Positions 14,101 to 28,800 of a DNA stretch of 64,000 bases are shown here, piece after piece. The position numbers and the translations under genes are program-made. Numbering within the stretch: position 1 is the stretch's first letter; every line of letters begins with the position of its first letter. Source of the DNA: Bugula neritina (lineage: Eukaryota; Animalia; Bryozoa); the NCBI GenBank assembly GCA_964035545.1, contig CAXIUT010000183.1:992001-1056000 (forward strand), given 5' to 3'. Under the pieces are notes generated by a model. It did no database searches, was not told the DNA's origin, and worked only from the letters and a program-made list of their open reading frames with translations.

Positions 14101-17100
14101 AAACTACTGAAACAGACTTTAACACATTGAAAAATACTGCAACATACAGAAATATACTGTAACACACTGAAATATACTGCAACATACTGAAATACACTGT
14201 AACATTCTGAAATATACTGCAACATACTGAAATACACTGCTACATACTGAAATATACTGCAACATACTGCAAAATACTGCAACATACTGAAATACACTGT
14301 AACATATTGAAGTACACTGCAACACATTGAAATATACTGCAACATGCCAAAATATATGGTAAACAACTGAAATATACTTTAACACATTGAAAAATACTGC
14401 AACATACTGAAATATACTGCGACACTTTGCAATATACTGTAACATACCGAAATATGCTCTAGCACACTGAAATACACTGCAACTCACTGAAATATACTGC
14501 AACATACTGAAATACACTGTGACATCCTGAAATATACTGCAACATTCTGAAATACACTGCTACATACTGAAATATACTGCATCATACTGCAACATACTGA
14601 AATACACTGCAACATACTACAACATACTGAAATACGCTGCAACACATTGAAATATACTGCAACATACCTAAATATATGGTAATATACCGAAATATACTGT
14701 AACGCATTGCAAAATACTGCAACATACTGAAATACACTGCGACACACTGAAATACGCTGCAAAATACTACAACATACTGAAATAAACTGTAACACATTGA
14801 AATACACTGCAATACATTGAAAAATAATGCAATATACTGATATATACTGTAACACACTGAAATATACTGCAACATACTGAAATACACTGTAACATACTGA
14901 AATATACTGTAACATACTGCAACATACTGAAATACACTGTAACATACTGAGATACACTGCCGCATACTGCAACATATTGAACTACACTGCAACGCATTGA
15001 AATATATTGCAACTTATCGAATATATGGAAAACTACTGAAGTATACTGTAACGCATTGAAAAAGACTGCAACATACTGAAATATAATGCGACACATTGCA
15101 ATATACTGTAATATACTGAAAAATGCTGTATCACACTGAAATATACTGCAATTCGCTGAAATATACTGCAACATACTGAAATACACCGCAACATCCTACA
15201 ACATACTAAAATACACTGTAACATTTCGAAATACACTGCAACACATTGAATTATACTGCAACATAACGAAATATATGGTAAACTAGTGAAATATATTTTA
15301 ACAAATTGAAAAATACTGCAACATACTGAAATATACTGTAACACACTGAAGTATACTGCAACATACTGAAATACACTGTAACATACTGAAATATACTGCA
15401 ACATACTGAAATACACTGCTACATACTGAAATATACTGCAACGTACTGCAACATACTGCAGCATACTGAAATACACTGTAACATACTGAAATACACTGCA
15501 ACATACTACCACATATTGAAATACACTGCAACACATTGAAATGTACTGCAACATACCGAAATATATGGTAAACTACTAAAATATACTGTAACACATTGAA
15601 AAATACTGCAACATACTGAAATATACTGCGACACCTAGCAATATACTGTAACATACTGAAATATGCTCTAGCACACTGAAATACAATGCAACTTACTGAA
15701 ATATACTGCAACATACTGAAATACACTGCAACATCCTACAATATGGTGAAATACACAGTAACATATTGAAATACACTGCAACACTTTGAAATATACTGCA
15801 ACATACCGAAATATATGGTAAACTACTGCAACATACTACAACATACTGAAATACACTGCAACACATTGAAATATACTGCGACATACCTAAATATACGGTA
15901 ATATACTGAAATATACTGTAACACATTGAAAAATACTGCAACATACTGAAATATACTGTAACACACCAAAATATACTGCAACATACTGAAATACACTGTA
16001 ACATACTGAAATACACTGCTACATACTGAAATATACTGCAACATACTGCAACATACTGAAATACACAGTAACATACTGAAATAAACTGCAACATACTACA
16101 ACATATTGAAATACACTGCAACACATTGAAATATACTGCAACATACCTAAATATACGGTAATATACTGAAATTCACTGTAACGCATTGCAAAATACTGCA
16201 ACATACTGAAATTCACTGCGACACACTGAAATACGCTGCAAAATACTACAACATACTGAAATAAACTGTAACATGTTGAAATACACTGCAACACATTGAA
16301 AAATACTGCAACATACTGAAATATACTGTAACACACTGAAATATACTGCAACATACTGAAATACACTGTAACATACTGAAATATACTGCAACATACTGAA
16401 ATACACTGCTACATACTGAAATATACTGCAACATACTGCAACATACTGCAATACACTGTAAAATACTGAAATACACTGCAACATACTACTACAACATATT
16501 GAAATACACTGCAACACATTGAAATACACTGCAACATACTGCAACATACTGCAATACACTGTAACATACTGAAATACACTGCAACATACTACAACATATT
16601 GAAATACACTGCAACACATTGAAATACACTGCAACTTACCGAATATATGGTAAACTACTGAAATATACTGTAACGCATTGAAAAATACTGCAACATACTG
16701 AAATATATTGCGACACATTGCAATATACTGTAACATACTGAAAAATGCTGTAACACACTGAAATATACTGCAATTCACTGAAATATACTGCAACATACTG
16801 AAATACACCGCAACATCCTACAACATACTGAAATACTTTGTAACATATTGAAATACACTGCAACACATTGAAATAGACTGCAACATAACGAAATATATGG
16901 TAAACTAATGAAATATATTTTAACACATTGAAAAATACTGCAACATACTGAAATACACTGTAACATACTGAAATAAACTGCAACATACTACAACATATTG
17001 AGATACACTGCAACAAATTGAAATATACTGCAACATACCTAAATATACGGTAATATACTGAAATTCACTGTAACGCATTGCAAAATACTACAACATACTG

Positions 17101-20100
17101 AAATTCACAGCGACACACTGAAATACGCTGCAAAATACTACAACATACTGAAATAAACTGTAACATATTGAAATACACTGCAACACATTGAAATATACTG
17201 CAACATAACAAAATATATGGTAAACTACTGAAATAGACTTTAACACATTGAAAAATACTGCAACATACTGAAATACACTGTAACATACTGAAATACACTG
17301 CAACATACTGAAATACACTGCTACATACTGAAATATACTGCAACGTACTGCAACATACTCCAGCATACTGAAATACACTGTAACATAGTGAAATACACTG
17401 CAACATACTACCACATATTGAAATACACTGCAACACATTGAAATGTACTGCAACATACCGAAATATATGGTAAACTACTAAAATATACTGTAACATATTG
17501 AAAAATACTGCAACATACTGAAATATACTGCGACACCTAGCAATATACTGTAACATACTGAAATATGCTCTAGCACACTGAAATACAATGCAACACATTG
17601 AAATATACTGCAACATACCTAAATATACGGTAATATACTGAAATTCACTGTAACGCATTGCAAAATACTGCAACATACTGAAATACACTGCAACATACTA
17701 CCACATATTGAAATACACTGCAACATATTGAAATACACTGCAACACATTGAAAAATACTGCAACATACTGAAATATACTGTAACACACTGAAATATACTG
17801 CAACATACTGAAATACACTGTAACATACTGAAATATACTGCAACATACTGAAATACACTGCTACATACTGAAATATACTGCAACATACTGCAACATACTG
17901 CAATACACTGTAACATACTGAAATACACTGCAATATACTACAACATATTGAAATACACTGCAACACATTGAAATACACTGCAACTTACCGAATATATGGT
18001 AAACTACTGAAATATACTGTAACGCATTGAAAAATACTGCAACATACTGAAATATATTGCGACACATTGCAATATACTGTAACATACTGAAAAATGCTGT
18101 AGCACACTGAAATATACTGCAATTCACTGAAATATACTGCAACATACTGACATACACCGCAACATCCTACAACATACTGAAATACTTTGTAACATATTGA
18201 AATACACTGCAACACATTGAAATATACTGCAACATAACGAACTATATGGTAACCTACTGAAATATATTTTAACCCCTTGAAAAATACTGCAACATACTGA
18301 AATATATTTTAACACATTGAAAAATACTGCAACATACTGAAATATACTGTAACACACCGAAATATACTGCAACATACTGAAATACACTGTAACATACTGA
18401 AATATACTGCAACATACTGAAATACACTGCTACATACTGCAACATACTGCAACATACTGCAACATACTGAAATACACTGTAACATACTGAAATAAACTGC
18501 AACATACTACAACATATTGAAATACACTGCAACACATTGAAATATACTGCTACATACCTAAATATACGGTAATATACTGAAATATACTGTAACACATTGA
18601 AAAAACTGCAACATACTGAAATACACTGCAACGCACTGAAATACACCGCAAAATACTACAACATGCTGAAATACACTGTAACATATTGAAATCCACTGCA
18701 ACACATTGAAATATACTGCAACATACCGAAATATATGGTAAACTACTGAAATAGACTTTAACACATTGAAAAATACTGCAACATACAGAAATATACTGTA
18801 ACACACTGAAATATACTGCAACATACTGAAATATACTGCGACACATTGCAATATACTGTAACATATTGAAATATGCTGTAGCACACTGAAATACACTGCA
18901 ACATCCTACAACATACTGAAATACACTGTAACATATTGAAATACACTGCAAGAAATTGAAATAGACTGCAACATAACAAAATATATGGTAAACTACTGAA
19001 ATAGACTTTAACACATTGAAAAATACTGCAACATACAGAAATATACTGTAACACACTGAAATATACTGCAACATACTGAAATACACTGTAACATTCTGAA
19101 ATATACTGCAACATACTGAAATACACTGCTACATACTGAAATATACTGCAACATACTGCAAAATACTGCAACATACTGAAATACACTGTAACATATTGAA
19201 GTACACTGCAACACATTGAAATATACTGCAACATGCCAAAATATATGGTAAACAACTGAAATATACTTTAACACATTGAAAAATACTGCAACATACTGAA
19301 ATATACTGCGACACTTTGCAATATACTGTAACATACCGAAATATGCTCTAGCACACTGAAATACACTGCAACTCACTGAAATATACTGCAACATACTGAA
19401 ATACACTGTGACATCCTGAAATATACTGCAACATTCTGAAATACACTGCTACATACTGAAATATACTGCATCATACTGCAACATACTGAAATACACTGCA
19501 ACATACTACAACATACTGAAATACGCTGCAACACATTGAAATATACTGCAACATACCTAAATATATGGTAATATACCGAAATATACTGTAACGCATTGCA
19601 AAATACTGCAACATACTGAAATACACTGCGACACACTGAAATACGCTGCAAAATACTACAACATACTGAAATAAACTGTAACACATTGAAATACACTGCA
19701 ATACATTGAAAAATAATGCAATATACTGATATATACTGTAACACACTGAAATATACTGCAACATACTGAAATACACTGTAACATACTGAAATATACTGTA
19801 ACATACTGCAACATACTGAAATACACTGTAACATACTGAGATACACTGCCGCATACTGCAACATATTGAACTACACTGCAACGCATTGAAATATATTGCA
19901 ACTTATCGAATATATGGAAAACTACTGAAGTATACTGTAACGCATTGAAAAAGACTGCAACATACTGAAATATATTGCGACACATTGCAATATACTGTAA
20001 TATACTGAAAAATGCTGTATCACACTGAAATATACTGCAATTCGCTGTAATATACTGCAACATACTGAAATACACCGCAACATCCTACAACACACTAAAA

Positions 20101-21721
20101 TACACTGTAACATTTCGAAATACACTGCAACACATTGAATTATACTGCAACATAACGAAATATATGGTAAACTACTGAAATATATTTTAACAAATTGAAA
20201 AATACTGCAACATACTGAAATATACTGTAACACACTGAAGTATACTGCAACATACTGAAATACACTGTAACATACTGAAATACACTGCAACATACTGAAA
20301 TACACTGCTACATACTGAAATATACTGCAACGTACTGCAACATACTGCAGCATACTGAAATACACTGTAACATACTGAAATACACTGCAACATACTACCA
20401 CATATTGAAATACACTGCAACACATTGAAATGTACTGCAACATACCGAAATATATGGTAAACTACTAAAATATACTGTAACACATTGAAAAATACTGCAA
20501 CATACTGAAATATACTGCGACACCTAGCAATATACTGTAACATACTGAAATATGCTCTAGCACACTGAAATACAATGCAACTTACTGAAATATACTGCAA
20601 CATACTGAAATACACTGCAACATCCTACAATATGCTGAAATACACAGTAACATATTGAAATACACTGCAACACTTTGAAATATACTGCAACATACCGAAA
20701 TATATGGTAAACTACTGCAACATACTACAACATACTGAAATACACTGCAACACATTGAAATATACTGTGACATACCTAAATATACGGTAATATACTGAAA
20801 TATACTGTAACACATTGAAAAATACTGCAACATACTGAAATATACTGTAACACACCGAAATATACTGCAACATACTGAAATACACTGTAACATACTGAAA
20901 TACACTGCTACATACTGAATTATACTGCAACATACTGCAACATACTGAAATACACAGTAACATACTGAAATAAACTGCAACATACTACAACATATTGAAA
21001 TACACTGCAACACATTGAAATATACTGCAACATACCTAAATATACGGTAATATACTGAAATTCACTGTAACGCATTGCAAAATACTGCAACATACTGAAA
21101 TTCACTGCGACACACTGAAATACGCTGCAAAATACTACAACATACTGAAATAAACTGTAACATGTTGAAATACACTGCAACACATTGAAAAATACTGCAA
21201 CATACTGAAATATACTGTAACACACTGAAATATACTGCAACATACTGAAATACACTGTAACATACTGAAATATACTGCAACATACTGAAATACACTGCTA
21301 CATACTGAAATATACTGCAACATACTGCAACATACTGCAATACACTGTAAAATACTGAAATACACTGCAACATACTACAACATATTGAAATACACTGCAA
21401 CACATTGAAATACACTGCAACTTATCGAATATATGGAAAACTACTGAAATATACTGTAACGCATTGAAAAAGACTGCAACATACTGAAATATATTGCGAC
21501 ACATTGCAATATACTGTAATATACTGAAAAATGCTGTATCACACTGAAATATACTGCAATTCGCTGAAATATACTGCAACATACTGAAATACACCGCAAC
21601 ATCCTACAACATACTAAAATACACTGTAACATTTCGAAATACACTGCAACACATTGAATTATACTGCAACATAACGAAATATATGGTAAACTACTGAAAT
21701 ATATTTTAACAAATTGAAAAA
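5190..21721. repeat. Higher-order repeat family with a 4889-bp base unit (about three copies; offsets 5358, 4889 and 10247)
   Basis: Matching ORF-track entries at 6818/12176/17065, 8303/13661/18550 and 5446/10335/15693/20582. A junction at about 11475 re-enters the sequence of about 6117. Confidence 0.92.
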
Positions 21722-24700
21722 TACTGCAACATACTGAAATATACTGTAACACACTGAAGTATACTGCAACATACTGAAATACACTGTAACATACTGAAAT
21801 ATACTGCAACATACTGAAATACACTGCTACATACTGAAATATACTGCAACGTACTGCAACATACTGCAGCATGCTGAAATACACTGTAACATACTGAAAT
21901 ACACTGCAACATACTACCACATATTGAAATACACTGCAACACATTGAAATGTACTGCAACATACCGAAATATATGGTAAACTACTAAAATATACTGTAAC
22001 ACATTGAAAAATACTGCAACATACAGAAATATACTGTAACACACTGAAATATACTGCAACATACTGAAATACACTGTAACATTCTGAAATATACTGCAAC
22101 ATACTGAAATACACTGCTACATACTGAAATATACTGCAACATACTGCAAAATACTGCAACATACTGAAATACACTGTAACATATTGAAGTACACTGCAAC
22201 ACATTGAAATATACTGCAACATGCCAAAATATATGGTAAACAACTGAAATATACTTTAACACATTGAAAAATACTGCAACATACTGAAATATACTGCGAC
22301 ACTTTGCAATATACTGTAACATACCGAAATATGCTCTAGCACACTGAAATACACTGCAACTCACTGAAATATACTGCAACATACTGAAATACACTGTGAC
22401 ATCCTGAAATATACTGCAACATTCTGAAATACACTGCTACATACTGAAATATACTGCAACATACTGCAACATACTGAAATACACTGCAACATACTACAAC
22501 ATACTGAAATACGCTGCAACACATTGAAATATACTGCAACATACCTAAATATACGGTAACATACCGAAATATACTGTAACGCATTGCAAAATACTGCAAC
22601 ATACTGAAATACACTGCGACACACTGAAATACGCTGCAAAATACTACAACATACTGAAATAAACTGTAACACATTGAAATACACTGCAATACATTGAAAA
22701 ATAATGCAATATACTGATATATACTGTAACACACTGAAATATACTGCAACATACTGAAATACACTGTAACATACTGAAATATACTGTAACATACTGCAAC
22801 ATACTGAAATACACTGTAACATACTGAGATACACTGCCGCATACTGCAACATATTGAACTACACTGCAACACATTGAAATATATTGCAACTTATCGAATA
22901 TATGGAAAACTACTGAAATATACTGTAACGCATTGAAAAAGACTGCAACATACTGAAATATATTGCGACACATTGCAATATACTGTAATATACTGAAAAA
23001 TGCTGTATCACACTGAAATATACTGCAATTCGCTGAAATATACTGCAACATACTGAAATACACCGCAACATCCTACAACATACTAAAATACACTGTAACA
23101 TTTCGAAATACACTGCAACACATTGAATTATACTGCAACATAACGAAATATATGGTAAACTACTGAAATATATTTTAACAAATTGAAAAATACTGCAACA
23201 TACTGAAATATACTGTAACACACTGAAGTATACTGCAACATACTGAAATACACTGTAACATACTGAAATATACTGCAACATACTGAAATACACTGCTACA
23301 TACTGAAATATACTGCAACGTACTGCAACATACTGCAGCATACTGAAATACACTGTAACATACTGAAATACACTGCAACATACTACCACATATTGAAATA
23401 CACTGCAACACATTGAAATGTACTGCAACATACCGAAATATATGGTAAACTACTAAAATATACTGTAACACATTGAAAAATACTGCAACATACTGAAATA
23501 TACTGCGACACCTAGCAATATACTGTAACATACTGAAATATGCTCTAGCACACTGAAATACAATGCAACTTACTGAAATATACTGCAACATACTGAAATA
23601 CACTGCAACATCCTACAATATGCTGAAATACACAGTAACATATTGAAATACACTGCAACACTTTGAAATATACTGCAACATACCGAAATATATGGTAAAC
23701 TACTGCAACATACTACAACATACTGAAATACACTGTAACACATTGAAATATACTGCGACATACCTAAATATACGGTAATATACTGAAATATACTGTAACA
23801 CATTGAAAAATACTGCAACATACTGAAATATACTGTAACACACCGAAATATACTGCAACATACTGAAATACACTGTAACATACTGAAATACACTGCTACA
23901 TACTGAAATATACTGCAACATACTGCAACATACTGAAATACACAGTAACATACTGAAATAAACTGCAACATACTACAACATATTGAAATACACTGCAACA
24001 CATTGAAATATACTGCAACATACCTAAATATACGGTAATATACTGAAATTCACTGTAACGCATTGCAAATTACTGCAACATACTGAAATTCACTGCGACA
24101 CACTGAAATACGCTGCAAAATACTACAACATACTGAAATAAACTGTAACATGTTGAAATACACTGCAACACATTGAAAAATACTGCAACATACTGAAATA
24201 TACTGTAACACACTGAAATATACTGCAACATACTGAAATACACTGTAACATACTGAAATATACTGCAACATACTGAAATACACTGCTTCATACTGAAATA
24301 TACTGCAACATACTGCAACATACTGCAATACACTGTAAAATACTGAAATACACTGGAACATACTACAACATATTGAAATACACTGCAACACATTGAAATA
24401 CACTGCAACTTATCGAATATATGGAAAACTACTGAAATATACTGTAACGCATTGAAAAAGACTGCAACATACTGAAATATATTGCGACACATTGCAATAT
24501 ACTGTAATATACTGAAAAATGCTGTATCACACTGAAATATACTGCAATTCGCTGAAATATACTGCAACATACTGAAATACACCGCAACATCCTACAACAT
24601 ACTAAAATACACTGTAACATTTCGAAATACACTGCAACACATTGAATTATACTGCAACATAACGAAATATATGGTAAACTACTGAAATATATTTTAACAA

Positions 24701-25870
24701 ATTGAAAAATACTGCAACATACTGAAATATACTGTAACACACTGAAGTATACTGCAACATACTGAAATACACTGTAACATACTGAAATATACTGCGACAT
24801 ACTGAAATACACTGCTACATACTGAAATATACTGCAACGTACTGCAACATACTGCAGCATACTGAAATACACTGTAACATACTGAAATACACTGCAACAT
24901 ACTACCACATATTGAAATACACTGCAACACATTGAAATGTACTGCAACATACCGAAATATATGGTAAACTACTAAAATATACTGTAACACATTGAAAAAT
25001 ACTGCAACATACTGAAATATACTGCGACACCTAGCAATATACTGTAACATACTGAAATATGCTCTAGCACACTGATATACAATGCAACTTACTGAAATAT
25101 ACTGCAACATACTGAAATACACTGCAACATCCTACAATATGCTGAAATACACAGTAACATATTGAAATACACTGCAACACTTTGAAATATACTGCAACAT
25201 ACCGAAGTATATGGTAAACTACTGCAACATACTACAACATACTGAAATACACTGCAACACATTGAAATATACTGCGACATACTGAAATACACTGTAACAC
25301 ACCGAAATATACTGCAACATACTGAAATACACTGTAACATACTGAAATACACTGCTACATACTGAAATATACTGCAACATACTGCAACATACTGAAATAC
25401 ACAGTAACATACTGAAATAAACTGCAACATACTACAACATATTGAAATACACTGCAACACATTGAAATATACTGCAACATACCTAAATATACGGTAATAT
25501 ACTGAAATTCACTGTAACGCATTGCAAAATACTGCAACATACTGAAATTCACTGCGACACACTGAAATACGCTGCAAAATACTACAACATACTGAAATAA
25601 ACTGTAACATGTTGAAATACACTGCAACACATTGAAAAATACTGCAACATACTGAAATATACTGTAACACACTGAAATATACTGCAACATACTGAAATAC
25701 ACTGTAACATACTGAAATATACTGCAACATACTGAAATACACTGCTACATACTGAAATATATTGCAACATACTGCAACATACTGCAATACACTGTAAAAT
25801 ACTGAAATACACTGCAACATACTACTACAACATATTAAAATACACTGCAATACATTGAAATACACTGCAA
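19900..25870. repeat. Sub-array with a ~1.5-kb period (1519/1469/1519 bp)
   Basis: Marker TTATCGAATATATGGAAAAC at 19903, 21422, 22891 and 24410. The 173-aa ORF recurs at 19922, 21441, 22910 and 24429. Confidence 0.85.
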
Positions 25871-28800
25871 CTTACCGAATATATGGTAAACTACTGAAAT
25901 ATACTGTAACGCATTGAAAAGTACTGCAACATACTGAAATATATTGCGACACATTGCAATAAACTGTAACATACTGAAAAATGCTGTAGCACACTGAAAT
26001 ACACTGCCATTCACTGAAATATACTGCAACATACTGAAATACACCGCAACATCCTACAACATACTGAAGTACACTGTAACATATTGAAATACACTGCAAC
26101 ACATTGAAATATACTGCAACATACCGAAAAATATTGTAAACTACTGAAATATACTGTAACACATTGAAAAAAACTGCAACATACTGAAATATACTGTAAC
26201 AAACCGAAATATACTGCAACATACTGAAATACACTGTAACATACTGAAATATACTGTAACATACTGAAATACACTGCAACATCCTACAAAATGCTGAAAT
26301 ACACTGTAACATATTGAAATACACTGTAACATACTGAAATATACTGCAATATAATGAAATACACTGCAACATTCTACAAAAGGCTGAAATACACTGTAAC
26401 ATATTGAAATACACTGCAACACATTGAAATATACTGCAACATACCGAAATATATGGTAAACTACTGAAATATACTGTAACACATTGAAAAAAACTGACAT
26501 ACTGAAATATACTGCGACACCTAGCAATATACTGTAACATACTGAAATATGCTCTAGCACACTGAAATACAATGCAACTCACTGAAATATACTGCAACAT
26601 ACTGAAATACACCGCAACATCCTACAACATACTAAAATACACTGTAACATTTCGAAATACACTGCAACACATTGAATTATACTGCAACATAACGAAATAT
26701 ATGGTAAACTAGTGAAATATATTTTAACAAATTGAAAAATACTGCAACATACTGAAATATACTGTAACACACTGAAGTATACTGCAACATACTGAAATAC
26801 ACTGTAACATACTGAAATATACTGCAACATACTGAAATACACTGCTACATACTGAAATATACTGCAACGTACTGCAACATACTGCAGCATACTGAAATAC
26901 ACTGTAACATACTGAAATACACTGCAACATACTACCACATATTGAAATACACTGCAACACATTGAAATGTACTGCAACATACCGAAATATATGGTAAACT
27001 ACTAAAATATACTGTAACACATTGAAAAATACTGCAACATGCTGAAATATACTGCGACACCTAGCAATATACTGTAACATACTGAAATATGCTCTAGCAC
27101 ACTGAAATACAATGCAACTTACTGAAATATACTGCAACATACTGAAATACACTGCAACATCCTACAATATGCTGAAATACACAGTAACATATTGAAATAC
27201 ACTGCAACACTTTGAAATATACTGCAACATACCGAAATATATGGTAAACTACTGCAACATACTACAACATACTGAAATACACTGCAACACATTGAAATAT
27301 ACTGCGACATACCTAAATATACGGTAATACACTGAAATATACTGTAACACATTGAAAAATACTGCAACATACTGAAATCTACTGTAACACACCGAAATAT
27401 ACTGCAACATACTGAAATACACTGTAACATACTGAAATACACTGCTACATACTGAAATATACTGCAACATACTGCAACATACTGAAATACACAGTAACAT
27501 ACTGAAATAAACTGCAACATACTACAACATATTGAAATACACTGCAACACATTGAAATATACTGCAACATACCTAAATATACGGTAATATACTGAAATTC
27601 ACTGTAACGCATTGCAAAATACTGCAACATACTGAAATTCACTGCGACACACTGAAATACGCTGCAAAATACTACAACATACTGAAATAAACTGTAACAT
27701 GTTGAAATACACTGCAACATCCTACAATATGCTGAAATACACAGTAACATATTGAAATACACTGCAACACTTTGAAATATACTGCAACATACCGAAATAT
27801 ATGGTAAACTACTGCAACATACTACAACATACTGAAATACACTGTAACACATTGAAATATACTGCGACATACCTAAATATACGGTAATATACTGAAATAT
27901 ACTGTAACACATTGAAAAATACTGCAACATACTGAAATATACTGTAACACACCGAAATATACTGCAACATACTGAAATACACTGTAACATACTGAAATAC
28001 ACTGCTACATACTGAAATATACTGCAACATACTGCAACATACTGAAATACACAGTAACATACTGAAATAAACTGCAACATACTACAACATATTGAAATAC
28101 ACTGCAACACATTGAAATATACTGCAACATACCTAAATATACGGTAATATACTGAAATTCACTGTAACGCATTGCAAATTACTGCAACATACTGAAATTC
28201 ACTGCGACACACTGAAATACGCTGCAAAATACTACAACATACTGAAATAAACTGTAACATGTTGAAATACACTGCAACACATTGAAAAATACTGCAACAT
28301 ACTGAAATATGCTGTAACACACTGAAATATACTGCAACATACTGAAATACACTGTAACATACTGAAATATACTGCAACATACTGAAATACACTGCTTCAT
28401 ACTGAAATATACTGCAACATACTGCAACATACTGCAATACACTGTAAAATACTGAAATACACTGGAACATACTACAACATATTGAAATACACTGCAACAC
28501 ATTGAAATACACTGCAACTTATCGAATATATGGAAAACTACTGAAATATACTGTAACGCATTGAAAAAGACTGCAACATACTGAAATATATTGCGACACA
28601 TTGCAATATACTGTAATATACTGAAAAATGCTGTATCACACTGAAATATACTGCAATTCGCTGAAATATACTGCAACATACTGAAATACACCGCAACATC
28701 CTACAACATACTAAAATACACTGTAACATTTTGAAATACACTGCAACACATTGAATTATACTGCAACATAACGAAATATATGGTAAACTACTGAAATATA

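Noticed and set aside
6117-16478. The 5358 offset equals exactly 2 x 2679
   Set aside because: The 5358 unit has no internal 2679 periodicity (CTCCAGC occurs once; the TTATCGAAT markers are 1519 apart) and is explained as 4889 + 469. Coincidence is likely because lengths are constrained to near-multiples of 10.
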